Of a stretch of 46,760 bases of DNA, positions 8,187 to 16,527 are shown piece by piece. The stretch comes from Deltaproteobacteria bacterium (GTDB taxonomy: Bacteria; Desulfobacterota; JAENJC01). The stretch's first letter is position 1, and each line of letters starts with the position of its first letter. The DNA is taken from the NCBI GenBank assembly GCA_016208525.1, contig JACQYJ010000004.1:1-46760 (forward strand). Reading direction: 5' to 3'. The position numbers were made by a program, and so were the translations under genes. The notes under the pieces were generated by a model. That model was not told the origin of the DNA. It did not search any database and saw only the letters and a program-made list of their open reading frames with translations.

Positions 8187-9014
8187 TTATTTCGCATTCT
8201 TATCGGATAGATTAACCATGCTCAATACATATTCAACAAAGAGAATAGCTTTAATAGAATTTTCAGGTGTTCCATAATCAACGCTATTTCCATGTATGAT
8301 TATATGACGGCTCAAAAGGGAAGGCGGATTTTTTTTGATGCTATAACCTTTGTATAGAAACTGAATAAATTCATTAAAAGGGTCTATCATTGACTCATAT
8401 ATTTCGGGGCAGTTTTTGAAACGCTTTTTTACATTGTTTGCTTTCAGTCTATCAACACCCATACAATCATTGTAAATACCTTCTGCCTGAATCAGAAATA
8501 TAGGCACAGACAAATAATATTTTCCATTAAGATGAGCATCAAAGGCATCCACAATAATGTGTTTCCTATTATTGACAATGAGATTAGTAATTATATTCTC
8601 ATAAGCTTCTTTGATATACTCATGTTCGGAAAATGTTTCTATTAGGGCTTTAATGATACCTTCAATCCCCTCTGTCTTTCTAATTTCTTCAAATTCATGC
8701 ACACATTTAGCTGGCCAGGCTGGGCTTATGAACCAACCATGTGGAATCAAAGCCTTATTCAATTCCCGATAAAGTCTCTCCTGTTCACGTATTGCCTTTT
8801 GCATCGCGAAATTTCGATTGAGATATCGCTGCATCTCTGCCTGAACCGCTTTCTTTTGCGATTCAATGAATTCCGATAAATGGAGTGGCATCACGGTATT
8901 AAAATGCCTGATAGGCATTTTATGGATGGCCTCTATATGCAAATAAGGTGAATTTCTTGTTTTGACCTTCATTTCAATCTCTTGAATTAGAAGTCTCTTC
9001 ATATTTCCCCTCAT
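8187..9014 (-). CDS. Hypothetical protein with a possible C-terminal HEPN-like domain (Rx4H)
   Basis: 275 aa and AT-rich. It contains DAFDAHLNGKYYLSVPIFLIQAEGIYND followed by LLSRHIIIHGNSVDYGT (R-x4-H-G). This helix pair plus Rx4-6H layout is typical of HEPN/Abi-type RNases. The start lies 6 nt after the stop of the HA-repeat ORF. Confidence 0.5.
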   Translation of the reverse strand: MRGNMKRLLIQEIEMKVKTRNSPYLHIEAIHKMPIRHFNTVMPLHLSEFIESQKKAVQAEMQRYLNRNFAMQKAIREQERLYRELNKALIPHGWFISPAWPAKCVHEFEEIRKTEGIEGIIKALIETFSEHEYIKEAYENIITNLIVNNRKHIIVDAFDAHLNGKYYLSVPIFLIQAEGIYNDCMGVDRLKANNVKKRFKNCPEIYESMIDPFNEFIQFLYKGYSIKKNPPSLLSRHIIIHGNSVDYGTPENSIKAILFVEYVLSMVNLSDKNAK

Positions 9015-9020
9015 GGTGTG

Positions 9021-10181
9021 CTAATCATCACTTTGATTTCTACAATTCCACTTAAACCCCATATCTTCAAGCCTTTTAACCTTATCTGGTGACAACTTAC
9101 CTTTTTTAAATGCCTGCTTCTTATGGCTTTGCCATATACCAAGCTTAAAGCCCGCTACCGTCTGGTATCTAAGCGGCGCATTCGGTGTTCCAAACTCCTG
9201 CTTATATTTTAGAGTTTCTGTAATACCGTCCTCGAAAGTTTTATCGCGACTATCCCACGGAAACCCAATTTCTTCAAGCCTTCTAATTTTATCAGGCGAC
9301 AGCGTCCCTTTTATAAATGAACCTCTTTGGTACGATTGCCACATTCCAAGTTTAAATCCGTCTTCGGTTATATATTTTTGAGGAGCATCCGCTTTGCCAA
9401 ATTGTTTCCTAAATTTCAAGGTTTCATTAAATCCCTCTTCAAAGGCTTCAGCAGCAACATCCCATGTAAAACCTATGCCCTCCAACAGCTTTATTTGGTT
9501 TTGTGGCAGTTTGCCTTTTTTATGTTGTTGTTTCTTATTTTGTTGCCACGCTCCAAGGCGGAAACCGTTTTCGGTTATATAGCTATTACGAGCATTGGGG
9601 ATTCCAAATTGCGCCTTATGCTTCAAAGTTTCTTGAAACCCTATATCAAATGACTTATCGAAACGATTCCATGCAAAGCCTATTTCCTCTAACCGTCTAA
9701 CTCTTTCACGAGAGAGCTTGCCTTTCGCATAAAATCTTCTGATAACATGCTGCCAACTTCCGAGCTTAAGGCCAGCGGATGACTCATAATTTCTTGGAGC
9801 ATTGGGGGTACCATACTGTTTCATATATTCGAGAGTGTCACGAAAACCTTGTTCAAAAGCATCGTCGAGATGATCCCAGATAAAACCTATTTCCTCTAAT
9901 CGCTGAATCTTGTTTGCAGCCAACAAACCTTTCTTATATGCCTGCCGTCTACTGGCTTGCCATCTTCCAAGCTGGGATCCATTAGCTGCTTTAAACCTCA
10001 ATGGAGCATTTATGGTGCCAACCTTTTCTTTGTAACGCAAAGTTTCTTGAAAACCCTGCTCGAATTGTTCATCAAAGATACTCCATGTAAACCCTATTGC
10101 CTCCATTTTTAAAACTTTTTCCCCGGATAGTCTTCCTCGTTTATAATGTTTCCTTTGATGACCGAGCCAGCTTCCAAGCAT
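9021..10181 (-). CDS. Helicase-associated (HA, PF03457-like) domain repeat protein, 5'-truncated
   Basis: 386 aa made of 5.5 tandem ~69-aa units. Each unit ends ..LG.WQ....(K)KG.L....(I/V).(R)LEEIGF.W. The ORF starts in the middle of a unit, and the missing half is not found in any upstream frame. Confidence 0.7.
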   Translation of the reverse strand: MLGSWLGHQRKHYKRGRLSGEKVLKMEAIGFTWSIFDEQFEQGFQETLRYKEKVGTINAPLRFKAANGSQLGRWQASRRQAYKKGLLAANKIQRLEEIGFIWDHLDDAFEQGFRDTLEYMKQYGTPNAPRNYESSAGLKLGSWQHVIRRFYAKGKLSRERVRRLEEIGFAWNRFDKSFDIGFQETLKHKAQFGIPNARNSYITENGFRLGAWQQNKKQQHKKGKLPQNQIKLLEGIGFTWDVAAEAFEEGFNETLKFRKQFGKADAPQKYITEDGFKLGMWQSYQRGSFIKGTLSPDKIRRLEEIGFPWDSRDKTFEDGITETLKYKQEFGTPNAPLRYQTVAGFKLGIWQSHKKQAFKKGKLSPDKVKRLEDMGFKWNCRNQSDD

Positions 10182-10782
10182 GTGTCCCTTCCTCGCCTTT
10201 GCCCTGCAAAACCCTCATTTGAGAAACCATCTCCTCAAGCCTTTGATCCTGATCTACCATTGCCTGAAGGACTTCCCACACAGTCGCAAAATCAGAACTC
10301 TCTATAATCTCATCTGGATTAGCATCTTCCCCAACCACTGCAGGGATGAATATATATCCCTTCTCCTTCCACTCCGCCTTTCTCATCGCCCTGCCGGTGG
10401 CCTGGACTATGTCAATGAGGCCCTTCTTCGGGTCTATAAAGGCGACCGTATCAACAGCCGGGACATCCACCCCTTCCGTCAAACAGCGGGCGTTGCTCAT
10501 GATTCCGTTCTCCGCCTCTTTGAACTCTTTCATGATGCTGTTTCTCACGCCTGAAGACATCGTGCCGTTGACGTGGAAAAACTTTACTTTTCCTTTTACC
10601 CCCTCCCCTTCATCCCCTCCCGCCGGGGGAGGGGAGATAAAAGAGTGCTCCCTCGCCACTTGTGGAAGCTGCCTGTCCTGAGAGCCGTTCTCTCCTTCGA
10701 CAGGCTCAGGACGAACGGCGCCAAAGGGGTCGTCGGGGTGAAGGGGTGTTTTCAAGCATCTTGAAGACCTGGCCGATTCCAT
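10141..10782 (-). pseudogene. SF2 (DEAD/DEAH, type III res-like) helicase, C-terminal fragment
   Basis: From VKFFHVNGTMSSGVRNSIMKEFKEAENGIMSNARCLTEGVDVPAVDTVAFIDPKKGLIDIVQATGRAMRK the sequence covers helicase motifs IV-VI. The first ~64 codons (..VRPEPVEGE..PPPAGGDEGEG) are translated repeat elements. The frame differs from both neighbouring fragments. Confidence 0.75.
10591..10755. repeat. Composite repeat insertion disrupting the helicase gene
   Basis: It contains ccccctccccttcatcccctcccgccgggggagggg (a GC palindrome of the 'PPLxKGG' family) plus ccttcgacaggctcaggacgaacgg (one arm of the 1217-1335 family). Confidence 0.7.
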
Positions 10783-12058
10783 AGGGCGTCTTTGTGTCTG
10801 TAAACGCCTTTGCCCCGTTTACCCTGGCGTGGAACGTGAAGACCTTTTTCAATCCGTATGCCTTCATCCCTTTGACAAGGGCCACACGCTTTGCAAAAGC
10901 CTTTGCGTCCCATTCGTGCTCATCATCTGTAACGACCCTTCCGCCACGCTGGATTATCTCTCTGACCTCGGAGTCTGTAACGCAGATGACCACGATCTTG
11001 TAATCGGTGATATGCCCTCTTTCTATCGCCTCCCCGAAGGTCATCTCGTAAAACGGCCTGCCGTATGTTTCGGTGTCGTCCATACTGCATATAAGGATGT
11101 CTTCCTCTTTCGCTTTCTTAGTGATATGCGGGGCGTATATCAGAGGAGTGGCTGTCATAAAAATTCTGTTTCTGATGGAGACCTTTTCATCCCGAAGCGC
11201 AAGACTCCATCCGCCGACATCCGTCCCAGTCGTGCGGTGGGCCTCATCAAATATTGCCATATCGAATACCGTGCCTGTCTTTAAGGCCGCTTCCGAAAGG
11301 ACTTTGCTTGATTGGTAGGTAGAGAAAAGGACATAGGTTGAGGAATCGTTGTTGGCAAGGAACTCAGCTACCTTTTCGACATCCGTTGTTACAGGGACGT
11401 CCAACTCGTAGCGGTGTTCTATAGGTGCGTCATTTCGCAGGTCAACGGTTGTATCACTGCACAGACAGAGATAACGGAACGGCTTTATAGAGGTATTTAC
11501 CGCCCATTCCCTCAATGTCTGGCTTAAAAGGGAAAGGCTTGGAACCAGAACAAGTATGCGGGAGCTACCAGACTTTTCAGCTATCCACATGGCGGTAAGG
11601 GTCTTACCAGCGCCGCATGGGAGTATCAATTGTTCCCGGTTTTGCTCTTTGAAATGGGCCAGTGCCGCATCTATGGCCTCTTGCTGGGTCTTATGCGGCT
11701 CCTTTATCGCCGGTGATGAAACGCGCTGTTCTTTGAGATAGATTCTGATGCGGTCAAAGAAATCGGCGTCAAGCTGGTCAAAGCGGTCTGCAAGGATGCG
11801 GCTCTGTTTTGTCCGGTCATTTATTGCAGTAGGCAGGGTGTTTGCATTGGTTATGGTTATACGCCAGTCGGCCCTGTCCGATACGGTGAAGAACGTTGAC
11901 AGTTCCCTGAGAGTTGGGGTATTGTCCCTGTCACGCCTGAATTTAGCCTGATAGGCAAAGAGCTTCCCGTCCCCTCTTTCCTGCTCGGAAGAAAGGGATG
12001 CTATTGCGGTTTCGAGTTCAGGCCATGATTTAACATTATCCAGTAATCTTAAGAGCAT
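10706..12058 (-). pseudogene. SF2 helicase, N-terminal fragment (with a degraded Mrr-like nuclease N-terminus)
   Basis: It has Walker A-type LILPCGAGKTLTA, DEAH-type FDEAHRT and TATP. It ends in out-of-frame repeat sequence. The N-terminal EQERGDGKLF.. looks like the start of an Mrr-type nuclease domain whose catalytic core is missing. Confidence 0.75.
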
Positions 12059-12061
12059 AGC

Positions 12062-12226
12062 TTAAATCCTAATCCCACAGTTAACCCTGCAAGCGGGGGC
12101 AGTCACGATTTCTATAAACTCCCGCCTGACCTGGGTCTCGTTGTAAGAGCCGTTCTTATAGACATCGGATTTGCGGTCAAACCTTTCAACCAGTTCGGCT
12201 ATCTTATCTTTAGCATCTTCTATCAC
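12062..12226 (-). pseudogene. 54-codon relic of a type IIG / Eco57I-like restriction-modification enzyme N-terminus
   Basis: The frame starts with GTG and reads (M)IEDAKDKIAELVERFDRKSDVYKNGSYNETQVRREFIE, then continues as unrelated sequence to a stop. The YNE.Q.R.EFI(D/E) N-terminal motif is recalled from Eco57I-family and N6-adenine methylase fusion enzymes. The ORF falls below the length cut-off of the ORF track. Confidence 0.45.
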
Positions 12227-12234
12227 GACTTTTC

Positions 12235-12648
12235 CTACTCCCCGGCATTATTCAGAATATCCAGAAATTCCCTTATCGTAACTATCTTTATGGTATCAAA
12301 CTCCTTTAGTTGCAGGAGATGCCTGTCACCGGTCACCACCAAATCCGCCTTTGCCTCTTCAGCACACTCAAGGATTCTGTTATCAGGGTCATCCTTCAGC
12401 ACCTTCAACTTAATAGTCGGCTTTATGACCTGGGCCACATGGCTTATATGCCGGAGGGATGAGGTTATCCTGTCGTCTTCCCAAAGGAACTTTTCCCTCA
12501 GTTTTACTGCTGTTTCTGTCAGGATTGAGATAGAGGTGTAGAGCGTGATATTCCCATTAATGGTTGATAGGTATGCCTTTTCCGCCGTCCCGCCCGGAGT
12601 AATCAGGGCCGAGATATAGACGTTTGTGTCGAACACCACCCGGAGCAC
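12235..12648 (-). CDS. PIN-domain toxin (PIN_3 / TIGR00305-like)
   Basis: 137 aa with VVFDTNVYISALI at the N-terminus and acidic residues at ..ILECAEEAKADLVVTGDRHLL. Its start overlaps the stop of the upstream small gene. Confidence 0.85.
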   Translation of the reverse strand: MLRVVFDTNVYISALITPGGTAEKAYLSTINGNITLYTSISILTETAVKLREKFLWEDDRITSSLRHISHVAQVIKPTIKLKVLKDDPDNRILECAEEAKADLVVTGDRHLLQLKEFDTIKIVTIREFLDILNNAGE

Positions 12649-12893
12649 TATCTGCCCTCAAAGATAAGCTTTTCAATCTCTCTTTCCGTCAGATTAAGCC
12701 TCTTGGCCCTTTGTGACCCGTACTCCTGAAGTTCTTTAAACTCTTCTTTAAGCTTCTGCTGTTTGTAAAGGTTAAACATCTCCCTGAACAACTGACTGAT
12801 GGACTCTCCTTTTTCCTTGGCAATTTTCCTGTATTCCTTCGCGGTTGGAGATGGAAGAGATATCGTCATGACGGCCCTTTGTTGTGACGGCAT
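12648..12893 (-). CDS. Putative antitoxin (RHH/CopG-like)
   Basis: 81 aa. MTISLPSPTAKEYRKIAKEKGESISQLFREM is a beta-strand then helix pattern typical of ribbon-helix-helix proteins. The ORF overlaps the PIN gene by 1 nt. SD aggagg lies 5 nt upstream of the ATG. Confidence 0.7.
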   Translation of the reverse strand: MPSQQRAVMTISLPSPTAKEYRKIAKEKGESISQLFREMFNLYKQQKLKEEFKELQEYGSQRAKRLNLTEREIEKLIFEGR

Positions 12894-12903
12894 ACATGCC
12901 TCC

Positions 12904-12949
12904 TTGTATTATTTTGTATTACAATATCAAAAATCGGGTTGTCTGTCAA
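12904..12949 (-). promoter_or_regulatory. Candidate promoter and operator of the RHH-PIN operon
   Basis: Reading the minus strand: TTGACA (12949-12944), a 17-nt spacer, then TATTGT (12926-12921). Two 8-bp direct repeats TTGTATTA (plus-strand 12904-12911 and 12914-12921) are spaced 10 bp apart between the -10 box and the SD. Confidence 0.4.
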
Positions 12950-12971
12950 AAAAGGAAGGGGATTTATTTTC

Positions 12972-13670
12972 CTAACCCGGCGAACGTTGTCCACTTTTAC
13001 CTTTCACATAATCATCCACAAACTCCGTCATCTCCCTCAGGTTAAATTCAAGCTCCTTCCTCTTCTCCTCCATATCGTCCTCTTTGCCTACATATATCGG
13101 CTCACCCCACATAAAAACGCCTCTGCTAAAAGGGTAAGGCAGATTAAAGGCGTCCCAGCTTGCAAAGACCTTTTTTTTTGAAGAACCGAATGTTAGAGGC
13201 AATATGGGTGCACCTGTAAGCCTTGCAAGGGCTATTACCCCCTCCTGAACCGCATACTTAGGCCCCCTTGGGCCGTCAGGTGTAATGCCTATATCATAAT
13301 CCTTCGTCGCCTTTACCATCTCCCTCATGGCAGCAGCCCCGCCCCTTGTTGTAGAACCCCTTATTGAGTCATATCCAAACCTCTTCATCGCTCTTGCCAA
13401 CAGATCCCCATCTTTATGCTGACTTATGAGTAATTTAATTCCCTTCCCATGATAACAGAAGGGCATCATCAAAAGCCTCCCGTGCCAGAAGGCAAGGATG
13501 AACCTCTCGTCTTTCTCCCAGAAAGGCCTTACCCGCTCTTCGTGGAGGAACTCCAGCTTCATGGCTGCTGCAAGCGCCCTTATTAGCAGACCGGCAATGG
13601 GAGGGGCTATGCTCAAAACGAGTCTGTCTTTTAATTTTAAGTTCTGAGACATAATGTATTTATATTGCAA
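12972..13670 (-). CDS. DUF374 / lysophospholipid acyltransferase-like protein (commonly linked to kdtA/lpxB)
   Basis: 232 aa. AFWHGRLLMMPF, LISQHKDGDLLA and ITPDGPRGP are motifs I associate with DUF374. Confidence 0.8.
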   Translation of the reverse strand: MQYKYIMSQNLKLKDRLVLSIAPPIAGLLIRALAAAMKLEFLHEERVRPFWEKDERFILAFWHGRLLMMPFCYHGKGIKLLISQHKDGDLLARAMKRFGYDSIRGSTTRGGAAAMREMVKATKDYDIGITPDGPRGPKYAVQEGVIALARLTGAPILPLTFGSSKKKVFASWDAFNLPYPFSRGVFMWGEPIYVGKEDDMEEKRKELEFNLREMTEFVDDYVKGKSGQRSPG

Positions 13671-13700
13671 ATCTCAAAGTGCAAATTGCAAAACTATATT

Positions 13701-14891
13701 TTATAAACTTTTCATTTTGCAATTTTCATTTTGCAATGTTTTATAAACTACCTCAGCGGCCCTCTTAGATGCGCCTGGGCCTCCCAGGGTCTCCCTGACC
13801 TTCCGCAAATCTCTTTTCATCTCTTCACTGCGTTTCTTGTCCCCAAGGATACTTAAACACTCCTCAGCCATCCTCTCCCCTGTCGCATCTCCCTGGACAA
13901 GCTCAGGGATAATCCCCTTCCCTGCTATTATGTTTGGAAGGCTTCCAAACTCCAGATTCACAAGCCTCCTTCCGATAAGGTATGTAAGGGGCGCCATTCT
14001 GTAAGTCATAACCATTGGTGTTCCAACAATTGCCGCCTCCAGGGTAGCAGTGCCTGATGCTATCAATATCAGGTCAGCGCCTGCCATGACATCATAAGTA
14101 TTCCCCTTAAAGACGCTCAGGTCGAGATCAACTCCGCCGGTAAAGCCTTTTATATACTCAACATCCAGTGTATTGGCTACAGGGATTGCAAACTTCGCCC
14201 CATCTATCTTTTTTGATATAATCCTGGCAGCCTCAAGCATCTCAGGGAGGAGGGATTCGACCTCCCTCTTTCTGCTCCCTGGAAGAAGGCCTATCACAAT
14301 ATCGGCCCTTCCGAAACCGAGGCTCCTCCTGATCTCATCCCTGTCAAACCCGGCAGGGACAGAATCCATAAGGGGATGCCCTACAAACTCCACATCAACC
14401 CCAACCTTCTCGTATATCGGAACCTCAAATGGGAAGACGACCATCATCTTGTCCACTACCCTGGCAATGGTCTTCACCCTGCTCTTATGCCAGGCCCAGA
14501 CCTGGGGGGAGATGTAGTATACAACCATTATACCCCGCGCCTTTGCTTTTTTGGCAAGCCTAATGTTAAAACCAGGATAGTCTATGAGGACAACGACCAC
14601 GGGCTTTATGATATCCATCAGGTTTTCCATGTCCTTCATTGCCTTCCTGATAAGCGGGAGCTTGTTTATAACCTCAAAGATCCCGACTATGGACATCTCT
14701 CTGACGTGATGGGATATATTGACTCCGGCATCTTTCATCATGTCCCCACCCATGCCAAAGAAGCTGATATTCGGGTCAAGCGCAAGGAGTTCACGGACAA
14801 GGTTCGCGCCGTGGAGGTCGCCGGAGGCCTCTCCGGCTACGATCAATAAGTTTTGAGTTTTGAGTTTTGAGTTTTGGGTTAAATCATTCAT
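13701..14891 (-). CDS. lpxB: Lipid-A-disaccharide synthase
   Basis: 396 aa with IVAGEASGDLHG near the N-terminus and LLPGSRKREV..ASGTATLE. Both the N-terminal and the C-terminal codons run through heptamer arrays. TTG at 14846 is an alternative start. Confidence 0.9.
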   Translation of the reverse strand: MNDLTQNSKLKTQNLLIVAGEASGDLHGANLVRELLALDPNISFFGMGGDMMKDAGVNISHHVREMSIVGIFEVINKLPLIRKAMKDMENLMDIIKPVVVVLIDYPGFNIRLAKKAKARGIMVVYYISPQVWAWHKSRVKTIARVVDKMMVVFPFEVPIYEKVGVDVEFVGHPLMDSVPAGFDRDEIRRSLGFGRADIVIGLLPGSRKREVESLLPEMLEAARIISKKIDGAKFAIPVANTLDVEYIKGFTGGVDLDLSVFKGNTYDVMAGADLILIASGTATLEAAIVGTPMVMTYRMAPLTYLIGRRLVNLEFGSLPNIIAGKGIIPELVQGDATGERMAEECLSILGDKKRSEEMKRDLRKVRETLGGPGASKRAAEVVYKTLQNENCKMKSL

Positions 14892-15439
14892 GCTTCATCC
14901 TTTTTCATTTTATCTGACACCCTCTTTTCCGCCCGGATGACGGCTGCGGCAATCAGCCCTCCCCAGACAAATCCACCCAGGACATCAAACGGAAAATGTA
15001 CCCCCACGTAGACCCTTGAGTACCCAATAATTAAGGCAAGGATAAAGAGAGGCACGGCGGACTTTCGATAATAATAGCTTCCAGTAACTGCTACGGCAAA
15101 GATGTTCGCTGCATGAGATGAAGGGAATGAATATTTACCGCAATATGCAAGCAAGTTCACATTCTCAAGGTAGTTGCAGGGCTTTATGCGGCCTATCAGA
15201 TGCTTTAGTATCTTGCCTGACGTATAATCGCTCAGGCCGGCGGCGGCGATAATTACGATAACTGCCACTCTTCCCTTCTTCCCTCCCCATATGAGCAGCC
15301 CAACTACAGTAGGGACGATCAGAGGCCACCAGTTGCTAAATTCCGTGAGCCAGGGCATAAGGATGTCAAAGAGCCGGTTCTGCATCCCGTTGTTAATTAG
15401 ATAAAAGAGCTTAATATCAAGCCATTCGACGTCAATCAT
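14888..15439 (-). CDS. PAP2-family phosphatase (possible lipid A or undecaprenyl-PP phosphatase)
   Basis: 183 aa with acid phosphatase motifs KHLIGRIKP, PSSHA and SRVYVGVHFPFDV. It is polytopic, and its stop overlaps the lpxB start. Confidence 0.8.
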   Translation of the reverse strand: MIDVEWLDIKLFYLINNGMQNRLFDILMPWLTEFSNWWPLIVPTVVGLLIWGGKKGRVAVIVIIAAAGLSDYTSGKILKHLIGRIKPCNYLENVNLLAYCGKYSFPSSHAANIFAVAVTGSYYYRKSAVPLFILALIIGYSRVYVGVHFPFDVLGGFVWGGLIAAAVIRAEKRVSDKMKKDEA

Positions 15440-15657
15440 GGGAAAGGAGTATAGCAGAGGCAGGGTTTGATGTCACTCAATTTTACCTGTAAATATGGAA
15501 TCCAGTTCAAAAATAGCTTGCAAAAAAAAGAACTCTGTGGTAGATATTATCGATTCAAATTCACACGCCTTACCATCTACTGCTGCCCCGGTGTCCGACG
15601 TTGGCGGATTTGGCAGTATAAAGGGTGGGCGGAGGATAAAAACCCAAAGGAGGAAGT

Positions 15658-16428
15658 ATGTCAGTCATTACAATGAAGCAGTTGCTGGAAGCCGGTGTCC
15701 ACTTCGGACATCAGACAAAGAGATGGGACCCAAAGATGAAGCCTTTTATCTTTGGGGCAAGAAACGGTATTCACATCATAGACCTGCAAAAGACAGTGCA
15801 TCTGTTTAAAGAGGCCTGCAAGTTTGTGAAGGACAACACGACAAAGGGGAAGAGCATCCTGTTTGTCGGGACAAAGAAACAGGCCCAGGACGCCATTATC
15901 GAAGAGGCCAGGAGATGCGGAATGTTCTATATAAACCAGAGATGGCTTGGCGGGACGCTTACAAACTTCAAAACAGTCAAGCAGAGCATTGCAAGGCTCA
16001 AAAAGATAGAACAGATGAAGATTGATGGGACGTTCGATGCCCTGACCAAGAAGGAGGTCTCCCTGCTGGAAAAAGAAAGGGAGAAGCTTGAAAAGACGAT
16101 AGGCGGGATAAAGGATATGGATAACCTTCCAGGCGCCATATTCATCATAGACTCAAAGAAGGAAGAGATCGCCATAACCGAGGCAAAAAAATTAGGGATT
16201 CCTATTGTAGCCGTAGTTGATACCAACTGCGACCCTACAGGCATGGACTATATAATACCTGGGAATGACGATGCGATCAGGGCAATAAGGCTTTTTGCAC
16301 AGAAGATAGCAGACGCTGTTGTGGAAGGGAAACAGGGAGCAGAAGAGGCTGTGGCGGCCGAGGTCGCTCAAAATGTATCTCCGCCGGCGGTTACTGCCCC
16401 CGAGGCAGTACAGGCAGTTGCTCTTTAA
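15658..16428 (+). CDS. rpsB: 30S ribosomal protein S2
   Basis: Begins [24 protein letters not shown] aaggagg lies upstream. Confidence 0.95.
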   Translation: MSVITMKQLLEAGVHFGHQTKRWDPKMKPFIFGARNGIHIIDLQKTVHLFKEACKFVKDNTTKGKSILFVGTKKQAQDAIIEEARRCGMFYINQRWLGGTLTNFKTVKQSIARLKKIEQMKIDGTFDALTKKEVSLLEKEREKLEKTIGGIKDMDNLPGAIFIIDSKKEEIAITEAKKLGIPIVAVVDTNCDPTGMDYIIPGNDDAIRAIRLFAQKIADAVVEGKQGAEEAVAAEVAQNVSPPAVTAPEAVQAVAL

Positions 16429-16527
16429 AAATACAGTAGCCAGGGGTCAGCAAAAAAACCGACAACAGTCCAGCTAAAAGTAATAGTTCTAAGAAAAGAT
16501 ATTTTTATTTATGATGGAGGTTTTGTA

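Noticed and set aside
10588-10782. N-terminal 64 residues of ORF 10141..10782 (MESARSS..VRPEPVEGE..PPPAGGDEGEG) as a genuine protein N-terminus
   Set aside because: This stretch is the translation of two repeat families that also occur intergenically. The real helicase homology begins at VKFFHVNG.
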